64,000 bases of DNA from Nitrosopumilaceae archaeon (GTDB lineage Archaea; Thermoproteota; Nitrososphaeria; Nitrososphaerales; Nitrosopumilaceae), in contig CBDBCR010000003.1 in assembly GCA_965203465.1 (NCBI GenBank), forward strand, positions 544,001 to 608,000, written 5' to 3'. The position numbers and the translations under genes are program-made. The notes under the pieces are model-generated. The model worked only from the letters and a program-made list of their open reading frames with translations, made no database searches and had not been told where the DNA came from. Within the stretch, counting starts at the first letter, position 1, and the number at the start of each line of letters is the position of its first letter. Below, one piece after another: positions 48,694 through 58,175 of the stretch.

Positions 48694-51600
48694 ATGTCGG
48701 TGCAGACCGTAAAGGCCATAGACGGCATACGGTTCTCCATATGGTCGCCAAGCGAGATCCGCAGGTACTCGGTCGCCGAGATCACCGCCCCCGAGACCTA
48801 CGACGAGGACGGCCTGGCCGTGCAGGGGGGCCTGATGGACGGCAGGCTGGGCACGCTCGAGCCGGGCCAAAAGTGCCTGACGTGCGGCAACACCGCGGCG
48901 CGCTGCCCCGGGCATTTCGGCCACATGGAGCTGGCAGAGCCGGTGCTACACATCGCGTTCATCGACAACATACACAAGCTGCTCCTCTCGACGTGCCGCT
49001 CGTGCTCGCGCCTCAAGGTGCCGCAGGAGGACCTCGAGGAGTTCGCCCGCGTGAAAAAGCGCGAGGCCGCCTACACCATCATATCGCAGAAGCGCATACC
49101 CGAGCAGATACTCGAAAAGGCGCGCAAGGCAAAGACGTGCCCCCACTGCGGCAAGGAGCAGTACGAGCTCATATTCACAAAGCCGACCATATTCGTCGAA
49201 AAGACCGAGGTCGGCGAGCACCGCCTGCTGCCCATCACCATACGCGAGCGGTTCGCGCAGATACTCGACGAGGACCTGGATCTGCTGTCCTACGACTACA
49301 ACACGGCCAGGCCCGAGTGGTTCGTGCTGCAGGCGCTGCCCGTCCCGCCGGTCACCGTGCGCCCCTCCATAATACTCGAGACGGGCATAAGGTCAGAGGA
49401 CGACCTGACCCACAAGATGGTCGATATAATACGCGTCAACCAGCGCCTGAAGGAGAGCAAGGAGGCCGGCACCCCGCCCCTCATCGTGCAGGACCTGGTG
49501 GACCTGCTCCAGTACCACACCACCACATACTTCGACAACGAGGTCTCGGGGATACCCCAGGCGCACCACCGCTCCGGGAGGCCGCTCAAGACCCTCACGC
49601 AGAGGCTCAAGGGCAAGGAGGGCCGCTTCCGCGGCTCGCTGTCGGGCAAGCGCGTGGACTTTTCGAGCCGCACGGTCATATCCCCCGACCCCAACCTAGA
49701 TCTTTCCGAGGTGGGCGTGCCCGAGACCGTCGCCACCAAACTCACGATACCCGAGATAGTCACCGCCTGGAACGTCGAGCGCATGCGCAAGCTGGTCCTC
49801 AACGGGCCCTCGACGTACCCCGGCGTCAACTACATCATGAGGCCCGACGGCGTGAAGATACGCCTGGACTTCGTAGAGGACCGCTCCACCATAGCCGAGA
49901 CCCTCGAGACCGGCTACCTGGTCGAGAGGCACCTGTCCGACGGGGACATCGTCATGTTCAACCGCCAGCCCTCGCTCCACCAGATGTCGATAATGGCCCA
50001 CTACGTCAAGGTGCTGCCCGGCAAGACGTTCCGGCTGCACCCGTCGGTCTGCCCCCCCTACAACGCCGACTTTGACGGCGACGAGATGAACCTGCACGTG
50101 CCGCAGAGCGAGGAGGCGCGCGCCGAGGCCATACTGCTCATGCGCGTGCAGGATCAGATGATATCGCCGCGCTACGGCGGCCCCATAATCGGCGGCCTGC
50201 GCGACTTTATCACCGGCTCGTACCTGCTCACAAAGGACGACACGCGCCTGACCCCGCAGGAGTTCGCCAACCTGGCGATGCTCGGCGGCCACGATGGGGC
50301 CATGCCCGAGCCGGGCGCCAAGGACATGTACACCGGCAAGCAGATGTTCTCGCTGTTCCTCCCGGACGACTTCAACTACGTCATCACCTCAAAGTGGGCC
50401 AAGGGGACCTCGGGCAAGCGCAACGATGTGGTCATAAAGAACGGCGAGCTCATCAGCGGCGTCATCGACAAGTCCGCCATAGGCGCAGAAGAGCCCGAGA
50501 GCGTGCTGCACCGCGTGGCGAAGGACTACGGCAACGCGCGCGCCAAAAAGTTCCTAAACTCTGTCCTGGTGGTCGCAAAGCAGTTCATCACCCACTACGG
50601 GTTCAGCTACGGCTACGGGGACCTGGATCTTCCGGAGAACAAAAAGCAGGCCATACTGGCGGGCCTGCGCGAGAGCTACGACAGGGTCGACGAGCTGGTC
50701 TCGCAGTCCAAAAAGGGCACGCTGAAACTGACGCGCGGGCTCTCGCCCGAAGAGGCCCTCGAGGCTTACATCGTAAACGAGCTCTCAAAGGCGCGCGACC
50801 GCGCCGGCAACGAGGCAGACCAGTCGCTCGACGAGTCCAACTCGGCGCGCATCATGGCCACGACCGGCGCGCGCGGCTCGGCGCTCAACATAGGCCAGAT
50901 GGCCGGCGCCCTCGGCCAGCAGTCCAGGCGCGGGGCGCGCCTGCTGTCCGGCTACGCCAACCGCGCCCTGCCGCACTACCGCGAGCACGACAACGATCCT
51001 GACGCGCACGGCTTCGTAAAGACAAACTACCGCGAGGGGCTGACCGCGCTGGAGTTCTTTTTCCACGCCATGGGCGGCAGGGAGGGCCTGGTGGACACGG
51101 CCGTGCGCACGCAGCAGAGCGGGTACATGCAGCGCCGCCTGATCAACGCCCTCGAGCACATACGGCTGGAATACGACGGGACCGTGCGCGATCCGCACGG
51201 GCACATCATACAGTTCCTGTACGGCGAGGACGGCATAGACGTGGCAAAGAGCGACCACGGCGAGGCGTTCAACGTGGACCGCCTCATCGAATCCGAGCGC
51301 ATAGTGGATTCGGGGGCGCGCGCGACAAAGGAGGAGATAGCAAAGATAGCCGAAAAGTACGCCGGCACTTTCAACCCGCGCCTGCGCCGCACCGTCACCG
51401 AGGCCCTCCAAAAGTCGCGCCTGAGCAAGGCCGGCATCGAAAAGGTCGGCCGCAGGGGCCTGACGCTGTACGACAACGCGAAAGCAGAGCCGGGCCAGGC
51501 CGTCGGCATAGTGACCGCGCAGTCCATAGGCGAGCCGGGCACGCAGATGACGCTGCGCACCTTCCACTTTGCAGGCATCATGGAGCGCGACGTCACCCTC

Positions 51601-52482
51601 GGCCTGCCGCGCCTCATAGAGCTGGTCGACGCGCGCAAAAAGCCGGCCACCCCGACCATGGACATATACCTGGATCGCGAGCACGCCGAATCGCGCGACA
51701 AGGCCATCGAGGTGGCCCGCAACGTGCTCGAGACGAAGGTCTCGGCCCTCATAGCCAGCACCGAGACAGACTACAGCACGCAGATCACGCTGCACATGAG
51801 CGAGGCCGCGCTGCGCGACCGCGGCTGCACCATGGAGGACGTCGACGCCGCGCTGCTCCCGAACAAAAAGTTCGAGGCCGAGATACTCGGCAAGACCGCG
51901 GTCCTAAAGCTGGCAGAAGAGGGCGACGCGCAGTCGGTCATCGCCATACGCAACAAGGTGCTCAACACGACCGTAAAGGGCGTGCCCGACGTCAAGCGCG
52001 TGACCCTCGTGCAAAAGGACGACCAGTGGGTGGTGCAGACTACCGGCTCGAACCTGCCGCGCGTGCTAGGCGTCGCCGGCATCGACCGCAAAAAGGTGGG
52101 CACCAACAACGTCTCGGAGATCGCGGCCACCCTCGGCATAGAGGCCGCGCGCAACGCCCTCATACGGGAGCTGCGCGCCACGCTCGAAGACCAGGGCCTC
52201 GAAGTCGACCTGCGCTACATCATGCTCGTATCCGACCTCATGTGCTCGCGCGGCTACATGCAGCAGATAGGCAGGCACGGCATCGCCGGCACCAAGAACA
52301 GCGTGCTTGCACGGGCCGCTTTCGAGATAACGGTGCCCACCATAGCCCACGCGGCGCTCGGCGGCGAGATAGAGCGCCTGAAAGGCATAACGGAGAACGT
52401 CATCGTGGGCAGCAACATACCCATAGGCAGCGGGACAGTCGACCTGTACATGCAGGCCTCCAAAAAGCCGTCAAAGTCGTAG
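48694..52482 (+). CDS. rpoA: RNA polymerase subunit Rpo1 (A'+A'' fused)
   Basis: ATG at 48694; YNADFDGDEMN catalytic motif and QSIGEPGTQMTL in one ORF. Confidence 0.98.
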   Translation: MSVQTVKAIDGIRFSIWSPSEIRRYSVAEITAPETYDEDGLAVQGGLMDGRLGTLEPGQKCLTCGNTAARCPGHFGHMELAEPVLHIAFIDNIHKLLLSTCRSCSRLKVPQEDLEEFARVKKREAAYTIISQKRIPEQILEKARKAKTCPHCGKEQYELIFTKPTIFVEKTEVGEHRLLPITIRERFAQILDEDLDLLSYDYNTARPEWFVLQALPVPPVTVRPSIILETGIRSEDDLTHKMVDIIRVNQRLKESKEAGTPPLIVQDLVDLLQYHTTTYFDNEVSGIPQAHHRSGRPLKTLTQRLKGKEGRFRGSLSGKRVDFSSRTVISPDPNLDLSEVGVPETVATKLTIPEIVTAWNVERMRKLVLNGPSTYPGVNYIMRPDGVKIRLDFVEDRSTIAETLETGYLVERHLSDGDIVMFNRQPSLHQMSIMAHYVKVLPGKTFRLHPSVCPPYNADFDGDEMNLHVPQSEEARAEAILLMRVQDQMISPRYGGPIIGGLRDFITGSYLLTKDDTRLTPQEFANLAMLGGHDGAMPEPGAKDMYTGKQMFSLFLPDDFNYVITSKWAKGTSGKRNDVVIKNGELISGVIDKSAIGAEEPESVLHRVAKDYGNARAKKFLNSVLVVAKQFITHYGFSYGYGDLDLPENKKQAILAGLRESYDRVDELVSQSKKGTLKLTRGLSPEEALEAYIVNELSKARDRAGNEADQSLDESNSARIMATTGARGSALNIGQMAGALGQQSRRGARLLSGYANRALPHYREHDNDPDAHGFVKTNYREGLTALEFFFHAMGGREGLVDTAVRTQQSGYMQRRLINALEHIRLEYDGTVRDPHGHIIQFLYGEDGIDVAKSDHGEAFNVDRLIESERIVDSGARATKEEIAKIAEKYAGTFNPRLRRTVTEALQKSRLSKAGIEKVGRRGLTLYDNAKAEPGQAVGIVTAQSIGEPGTQMTLRTFHFAGIMERDVTLGLPRLIELVDARKKPATPTMDIYLDREHAESRDKAIEVARNVLETKVSALIASTETDYSTQITLHMSEAALRDRGCTMEDVDAALLPNKKFEAEILGKTAVLKLAEEGDAQSVIAIRNKVLNTTVKGVPDVKRVTLVQKDDQWVVQTTGSNLPRVLGVAGIDRKKVGTNNVSEIAATLGIEAARNALIRELRATLEDQGLEVDLRYIMLVSDLMCSRGYMQQIGRHGIAGTKNSVLARAAFEITVPTIAHAALGGEIERLKGITENVIVGSNIPIGSGTVDLYMQASKKPSKS

Positions 52483-52564
52483 CGCGCTCAGCCTTTCCGC
52501 GTCCGTGGTACTGAAAGCGACCAAAGGCCTCCAAAAAGCCGTCAAAGTCGTAGCGCGCTCAGCC
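52454..52564. repeat. Perfect 40-bp direct repeat of the rpoA 3' end separated by 31 bp
   Basis: AGGCCTCCAAAAAGCCGTCAAAGTCGTAGCGCGCTCAGCC at 52454-52493 and 52525-52564. Confidence 0.95.
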
Positions 52565-53653
52565 CTAACGCAGGCTTGCCGGGGCTTGCGGCCGCGCCGT
52601 TTTGCGGCACGGGAACGCGTTCATCCGGGGGTAGCCAAAGCCGGCGGCGCTCCGGTAGTGCCAGTTGAGGTTCTTTCTGATGGATTCGACGGCGTCCTGC
52701 GAGATCTTGTCTTCCTCGAGGTAGCCGCGGTGGAGGCGCGCGACAGAATCGCGCAGGTCCTTGATCTTTGGATAGTACTCGCGGTTCTGCTCTATCAGGG
52801 CGTCTACGAATCTTTTGGGCGGCAGCCTGTCCAGCTTTGCGCAGTTGCACTGCTGGCACGCCAGCACGGCGTTCCAAAGCTCCGTCTCGCCCACGTAGTC
52901 GTACGGTATGACGTGATCGACGTGCGTTGTCCCGTCGAACTTTAGATCTTCGCCGCAGTAAAAGCACGCCTTTGATAGAGGCTCGAGCATCTTGACGAAC
53001 TTGCGCTGGTCGCGCGGGCCCCTGACCCGGGCCTCGACCTTCTTTGCGAGGTTGGGCGCACCGAAGTTTATGGACTCTAGGAACTTTACCCATTCCAGGA
53101 TGACGCTGTTGTACAGCGGGGCGAAGTTCCTCCTGAAAAAATCGACCGCCTTTGGGTTGAGCTGCATCGGCCTGTCAAGGTACAGTTTTTCGTTGCGGGC
53201 CGAGTCGTGGTATTCCTTGGACCAGTACCTGTAAAAGACGCACCGGTTGCGCCCGTCGACCCACTGGAAGCGCGGCACCACGTCCTTGAAGCACTTTTTG
53301 GTGATCCTGTCTGTGCAGTTTTTCACCTTGTCCGGCTCCGTCTCTTCGAGGTCGGAGAAATCCATAGGATAGACGTCCTTGTCGAACTCGCTCCGTATTA
53401 TGCTCACCACCAGCGGAACCTGGTTTTCCGGGCCCTGACGCAGCTTTGACTTGCACACGTGCGACCAATAGTACCTCAGGAAAGACCTGGCGATCTCTTC
53501 GTACGGGACTTCGCAGTGGTCGGGGTCGGACCTGCTGTGCTCGAGCAAAAACAGGGCCAGCGCGAACTTGTACGTGTTGTTCTTGCCGGCTTTTTTGATG
53601 ATGTTCATGAACATCTCGTGGAACTCGTAGTTGGTCTTTTTCGGGAACTGCAC
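52565..53653 (-). CDS. HNH endonuclease with a large N-terminal domain (putative modification-dependent restriction)
   Basis: CFYC...HVDHVIP...NAVLACQQCN.AK; N-terminal NTYKFALA. Confidence 0.85.
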   Translation of the reverse strand: MQFPKKTNYEFHEMFMNIIKKAGKNNTYKFALALFLLEHSRSDPDHCEVPYEEIARSFLRYYWSHVCKSKLRQGPENQVPLVVSIIRSEFDKDVYPMDFSDLEETEPDKVKNCTDRITKKCFKDVVPRFQWVDGRNRCVFYRYWSKEYHDSARNEKLYLDRPMQLNPKAVDFFRRNFAPLYNSVILEWVKFLESINFGAPNLAKKVEARVRGPRDQRKFVKMLEPLSKACFYCGEDLKFDGTTHVDHVIPYDYVGETELWNAVLACQQCNCAKLDRLPPKRFVDALIEQNREYYPKIKDLRDSVARLHRGYLEEDKISQDAVESIRKNLNWHYRSAAGFGYPRMNAFPCRKTARPQAPASLR

Positions 53654-53756
53654 GGCCCGGGCCGGGCGGTCGGGTTATAAGCATTCCAAGAACGGGCGCC
53701 CCGGATGCGCGGCCCCAAAACATAGACCTATAAGGGAACCGGGGGGCCGCGCCTGC

Positions 53757-54137
53757 GTGCCCGCAAAAGTGCTCGAGAAGGCCCTAAAGGACGGTGCCAA
53801 GGAGTCGCGCTGCGTCTTTGGCGCAAAAGAGGTCTCTTCCGGGATAAAGGACGCAAAGTTGATCGTGCTCTCAAAGGGCCCGGCCTCCGACGCCGCCGAG
53901 GCGGCCGCAGAGGCGGCCGGCGTGACGGCCGTGCGCTTCGAGGGCAACTCGGTGGCGCTCGGCAAGGCGTGCGGGCGGCAGTTCCGCGTCTCGGCCGTCT
54001 CGTTCAAGGAGATCCCCGACGCCGGCGTATCGTCGATCGTGGCAGAATCGGGCGCCGTGAACAAGCCGGATCAGAATGCCTCTAACGGTTTAAATGAGGC
54101 GGGCCAGCCCCCGCCGGAAGGTACACCCGCCCCATGA
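53757..54137 (+). CDS. rpl30e: Ribosomal protein eL30 (L30e)
   Basis: FGAKEV, FEGNSVALGKACGRQFRVSAVS; position before nusA; GTG at 53757. Confidence 0.88.
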   Translation: MPAKVLEKALKDGAKESRCVFGAKEVSSGIKDAKLIVLSKGPASDAAEAAAEAAGVTAVRFEGNSVALGKACGRQFRVSAVSFKEIPDAGVSSIVAESGAVNKPDQNASNGLNEAGQPPPEGTPAP

Positions 54138-54592
54138 CGCCGTCCATAAAGATAACCGCCGACCAGCTGCGCCTGTTATCCCTCTTTGAAAGGATCGCAA
54201 AGACCAGCGCGCGCGACTGCATCGATTCGGACGAGGGCGTCATATTCGTCGTGGAGCCGGGCAAGATGGGCCTGGCCATAGGCAAGGGCGGCATGCACGT
54301 AAAGGCGCTGCGCGAAAAGATCAAAAAGCAGGTGGATCTTGTAGAGTACAACGAGGATCCGGCCAAGTTCCTGCGCTCCACGCTCAACGACAAGATGATC
54401 CGCGACGTCTCGGTCGAAAAGGGCGAGGACGGCGTAAAGCGCGCCGTCGTGGTGGTCGTACCGGGCAAAAAGGGCCTGGTGGTCGGGCGCGAGGGGCGCA
54501 ACGCCGAGAGGGCGCGCCTGCTGGCCAAGAGGTACTTTGACATAGCCCACGTGTCGATAAACAACCCGGAGAGGGCGACGCTGGAGATATGA
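54134..54592 (+). CDS. nusA: Archaeal NusA
   Basis: Two KH GxxG motifs (AIGKGG, VGREG); synteny. Confidence 0.93.
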   Translation: MTPSIKITADQLRLLSLFERIAKTSARDCIDSDEGVIFVVEPGKMGLAIGKGGMHVKALREKIKKQVDLVEYNEDPAKFLRSTLNDKMIRDVSVEKGEDGVKRAVVVVVPGKKGLVVGREGRNAERARLLAKRYFDIAHVSINNPERATLEI

Positions 54593-55026
54593 CAAAGTCC
54601 CCGATGGGCCTCTTTGCGGGCCGCGTCCTAAAGTCGAAGCGCAAGCAGCAGCGCTGGTCCATATCCACCTACAAGCGGCGCGAGCTGGGCATCGACAAAA
54701 AGGCCGACCCGCTCGGCGGCGCCCCGCAGGCGCGCGGCATCGTGCTAGAAAAGGTCGGCATAGCCGCAAAGCAGCCCAACTCGGCCGTGCGCAAGTGCGT
54801 GCGCGTGCAGCTCATAAAGAACGGCAAGTCCATCACCGCCTTCCTGCCGCGCGACGGCGCGATGAACTTTATCGACGAGCACGACGAGGTGCACGTGGAG
54901 GGCATGGGCGCCACGCAGGGCGGCGCCATGGGGGATCTTCCCGGCGTGCGATTCAAGGTCTTCAAGGTAAACGGCACGTCGCTGCACGAGCTGGTCGTGG
55001 GCAAAAAGGAAAAGTCGAGGAGATGA
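54589..55026 (+). CDS. rps12: Ribosomal protein uS12
   Basis: [25 protein letters not shown]. Confidence 0.97.
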   Translation: MTKSPMGLFAGRVLKSKRKQQRWSISTYKRRELGIDKKADPLGGAPQARGIVLEKVGIAAKQPNSAVRKCVRVQLIKNGKSITAFLPRDGAMNFIDEHDEVHVEGMGATQGGAMGDLPGVRFKVFKVNGTSLHELVVGKKEKSRR

Positions 55027-55619
55027 CCGCGCAAAAGCTTCTGCTGTTCGGCAAGTGGGATCTCGAGCCGATCGAGGTCTCCGACATGGGCCTGAAGACG
55101 GCCATATCGCTGCGCCCCATGACGGTTCCGCTCACGTTCGGGCGCTCGGCGCTGAAGCGCTTCAACAAGGCCGACGTCAACATAGTCGAGAGGCTGGCCA
55201 ACAAGATGATGCACTTTGGCAAGCGCTACGCAAAGAACACCGGGCGCATGACCGGCAAGAAGATGAGCGTGTACAACACCGTAAAGTCGGCCTTTGAGAT
55301 AATACACCTAAAGACGGGGCGCAACCCCGTCGAGATGCTGGTGCGCGCCGTGGAAAACTCGGCGCCCAACGAGGACACCACGCGCATAGTCTACGGCGGG
55401 ACGGTGTACCACGTCTCGGTGGACGTGGCCCCCATACGGCGCGTGGACCTTGCCCTGCGCTTCATCGCCGACGGCGTGAAAGAGGCCACGTTCTCGAGCA
55501 CTCGCACCATAGAGGAGCACCTGGCGGACCACATCATCGTGGCGGCCAACAACGACCCCAACTCCCCGTCGGTCAAGAAAAAGAACGAGCTGGAGCGCAT
55601 AGCGCAGGCGTCTAGATAG
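55023..55619 (+). CDS. rps7: Ribosomal protein uS7
   Basis: [33 protein letters not shown]; ATG at 55023. Confidence 0.96.
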   Translation: MTAQKLLLFGKWDLEPIEVSDMGLKTAISLRPMTVPLTFGRSALKRFNKADVNIVERLANKMMHFGKRYAKNTGRMTGKKMSVYNTVKSAFEIIHLKTGRNPVEMLVRAVENSAPNEDTTRIVYGGTVYHVSVDVAPIRRVDLALRFIADGVKEATFSSTRTIEEHLADHIIVAANNDPNSPSVKKKNELERIAQASR

Positions 55620-55704
55620 CCCGAGGCAGATTCGAACTGCCGCCTCTGCCTATCCACTCTTGTGATCCAGAGGGCAGAATCCTTAACCGCTAGACTATCG
55701 GGCT
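55617..55704 (-). tRNA. tRNA-Gln(CUG) with a 15-nt intron at 37/38
   Basis: AGCCCGA/TCGGGCT-A acceptor stem; CTGCC-CTCTGG^A-GGCAG anticodon arm with intron ATCACAAGAGTGGAT; GGCAG-TTCGAAT-CTGCC T arm; TTATAT box about 28 nt upstream. Confidence 0.92.
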
Positions 55705-55758
55705 TCGCCACCGCGCGCCGGCGCTGGAAATATAATCATTTGCCGCCCGCCCGGCTGG

Positions 55759-56091
55759 TCAGCCGCCCTTTGAGCGCACGCGCACCTCGGAGACTGCCGT
55801 GGCGTACCCGCACTCGGCGCCCAGCCTCATGTACGGTATCAGCCGGTAGTGTATGGAATACAGCCGGCCCTCCCTGCGGACGAGGTCGCGCTTCTGCAGG
55901 GACGCGAGGCCCCTAGAGGCCGAGTGCACGCTGACCCCCGAGCCGGCGCACGCCTCGTCGCGGGCCCGCTGGTACTGCTCGAGCGTGAACGCGGCGCTTC
56001 GGGTCCGGAGCACCAAGGGCCAGACTATGCGGGCCCAGACGAACCGCCTCTGCGCGGTCGCGGCCGCGTGCTTGCCCATGCCCGCCAACAT
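55759..56091 (-). CDS. Small hypothetical protein, possibly wHTH; start uncertain
   Basis: ASRGLASLQKRDLVRREGRLYSIHYRL helix-wing-like pattern. Confidence 0.55.
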   Translation of the reverse strand: MLAGMGKHAAATAQRRFVWARIVWPLVLRTRSAAFTLEQYQRARDEACAGSGVSVHSASRGLASLQKRDLVRREGRLYSIHYRLIPYMRLGAECGYATAVSEVRVRSKGG

Positions 56092-56124
56092 AAATAACGA
56101 GCGCGGCCGCGCCTTATCTGAACC

Positions 56125-56823
56125 TTGTCAGAGCAGCTGCGCGATTCCATGGACATGCTAGAGCGCGACTGGGAGGTCGACCCGCGCCTGCGCGAGTTCG
56201 TCCTCGGCGGCTCGGGCGCCACGGACGAGCAGATCAGGGTGGGCCCCACCACCTTCCACATACCGCGCATCTCGGATTCTGGCCTGTACGTGCTGTGGAA
56301 GTGCTACTGGCCCGACTGCCACAACTGCTGCGAGAGGCAGGGCAGGCTCCCGCTGACCTCGGCCGACCTGATACAGATAGGCGGGGCCATGGGGTACGCG
56401 CGCGCCTCGGACTTTGTCAAAGAGCAGACCAACGTGGCCGCCCACGCCGAGCCGTCCCCGTCGGGCGGCACGACGGTCATGACCACGATAAACCTAAAGA
56501 GATCCGAGGCCGAGACCGAGGCGCAGGACGGCACCCGCATACCGTGCAGGTTCCTAGACGGCTGCGGCTCGTGCACGCTGCACCCCGCGCGCCCGGGCGC
56601 CTGCGCCGCGTACCCGTTCTCGCCGTGGCTGGTCCTGGAGGGGGGCATGGCCCGCGCCCACGCGGCCTACCAGTTCACCGGCGACTGCCCCGGGTTCTAC
56701 CTCGCAGAATCGGTCGAGCCCATGCGCGAGGTGCTGGCCGAATACTCCCAAGTGCTGTACGGGTACGCGCTGGCCTCGGCGCGCACGGAGCGCGAAAAAT
56801 CCAGCTGCGTCTCGGTGCTCTAG
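56125..56823 (+). CDS. YkgJ/FliB-like cysteine-cluster (Zn or Fe-S) protein
   Basis: C...CHNCC and CRFL....CTLHPARPGAC..YPF motifs. Confidence 0.85.
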   Translation: MSEQLRDSMDMLERDWEVDPRLREFVLGGSGATDEQIRVGPTTFHIPRISDSGLYVLWKCYWPDCHNCCERQGRLPLTSADLIQIGGAMGYARASDFVKEQTNVAAHAEPSPSGGTTVMTTINLKRSEAETEAQDGTRIPCRFLDGCGSCTLHPARPGACAAYPFSPWLVLEGGMARAHAAYQFTGDCPGFYLAESVEPMREVLAEYSQVLYGYALASARTEREKSSCVSVL

Positions 56824-57833
56824 CTGCGCGCCACCCGTATCAGGTCGGCGATGCGCACGTCCATGCCGAACCTGTCCTGGTTGGACCTCATGTACCTGAA
56901 TATGGCCAGAAAGTCCGGCAGCGAGCGGACCAGCGAAAAGTCGCGCCGTATCTTGGAGCGCACAAAGTTGAACACCCGGCCGTACACGCGGTAGTGCCGC
57001 TCGACGGCCCTCTCGTAGGCGTCCAGATCCGAGATGTTGCGAACGAACAGGTCGGCGCACTGCATGCTCGGTATGATGCCCTCGCCGAGCAGCGCGTACA
57101 CGGTGCCGATCGATTCCCCCACGCCGACGACCTTGCCGCGCCTGTACGGCTTGCACCTGTCCGGCGTGGCCAGCCGTATGGGGCGCCCCTTTGTCTTTAC
57201 GATGCGCCCCCCGTGCTTTCTTACGAACTCGTCGGTGGCGCGCACGTGGTTCTTGTTGTAGTCGCCGGCCCCCACGTGCGCCCACTTTTCGCCGAGCGGA
57301 AAGTACCAAAAGTACCCCGACATGCCCGGGAACGGCTCTATGTAAAAGTCGTCGTAGGGCACCCCGCCGTCGTACTCTACCTTGTACTCGTAGGTCGGCA
57401 GGAAAAAGTCCTCTTTCAGTTTCGGCAGGTAGCACCTGTGGAAGCCGGTGCAGTCCACCACCATGTCGTACTCGGATTCCAGGTCGGCGAGGGGCGGCGA
57501 TGCTCCGTACCTCACGTCCGAGCCCGATATGAAGTCCCTGATCAGCCCTATCTTGTCGTACGTGCACAGGCCGTGCAGGCCGATGTCGAACCGCCCGCCC
57601 TTTGGCATGCGCACGTACATCTTTTTGCCGTCGTGTATGACGTACTTTGAAAAGTCCACGCCCGCCTGCGAGCACAGGCCGTCGAGCACCGTGCGGATGG
57701 TGCCCCACGCGCATATCGAGTCGTGCCTTTCGCGCTCCATGCGCTCGTAGCCGACGGCCTCGTGCCCAGAGCCGCGCAGGCGCGCCATCACGTAAGAGCC
57801 TGCCACGCCCATGCCCATGACTGCTATCTTCAA
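56820..57833 (-). CDS. FAD-dependent oxidoreductase, geranylgeranyl reductase-like
   Basis: KIAVMGMGVAG, GYFWYFP (YxWxFP), GEGI; likely TTG start at 57833. Confidence 0.8.
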   Translation of the reverse strand: MKIAVMGMGVAGSYVMARLRGSGHEAVGYERMERERHDSICAWGTIRTVLDGLCSQAGVDFSKYVIHDGKKMYVRMPKGGRFDIGLHGLCTYDKIGLIRDFISGSDVRYGASPPLADLESEYDMVVDCTGFHRCYLPKLKEDFFLPTYEYKVEYDGGVPYDDFYIEPFPGMSGYFWYFPLGEKWAHVGAGDYNKNHVRATDEFVRKHGGRIVKTKGRPIRLATPDRCKPYRRGKVVGVGESIGTVYALLGEGIIPSMQCADLFVRNISDLDAYERAVERHYRVYGRVFNFVRSKIRRDFSLVRSLPDFLAIFRYMRSNQDRFGMDVRIADLIRVARS

Positions 57834-58175
57834 CGGCGCCCGCGGGGGCTCTTGGACTAATAAACTCATCACGCAGAGTGCCGTGCGTCCCCGGCTGCCC
57901 CGGCCCGCGCGGCCGCCCGCGTCTGTGCCGGCGATCGCGGGCTTTGGCAGTATGCCGGCCTCGCCCGCATGGGCTGCCGCGGCATGTCGGGCGCCGTCGT
58001 AAGCGCGCCGCCGTCCGGATCCGGCGCCCCGATCTTCGGGGCCCGCCTAGCGCTGCCCGTTGATGCCCCGGTACCCGGACAGCTGTTCGAAGAGCAACGC
58101 GGCCCTGTGCCGCTCTGCCAGTGCCGCCTCGCGCAGGAGCGCGCCGTCCGGCGCGGTCTCCGGCACGCCGTCCGG

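Noticed and set aside
44942-52482. ORF-track 1249-aa and 2252-aa giant polymerase ORFs
   Set aside because: The N-terminal extensions are off-frame overlaps of rpoH and rpoB; true starts are 45344 and 48694.
48694-52482. Fused rpoA'/A'' as a novelty
   Set aside because: Known trait of Nitrososphaerota.
52454-52564. Bona fide mini-CRISPR array
   Set aside because: Only two copies; the repeat is rpoA coding sequence; the adjacent HNH protein shows no RuvC motifs that I could see. Kept as a duplication finding.
57880-58170. GC-rich intergenic stretches (also 1800-1950 and 22850-23160) as ncRNAs
   Set aside because: Short palindromes are expected at this GC content; I found no recognisable RNA family motif or repeated element.
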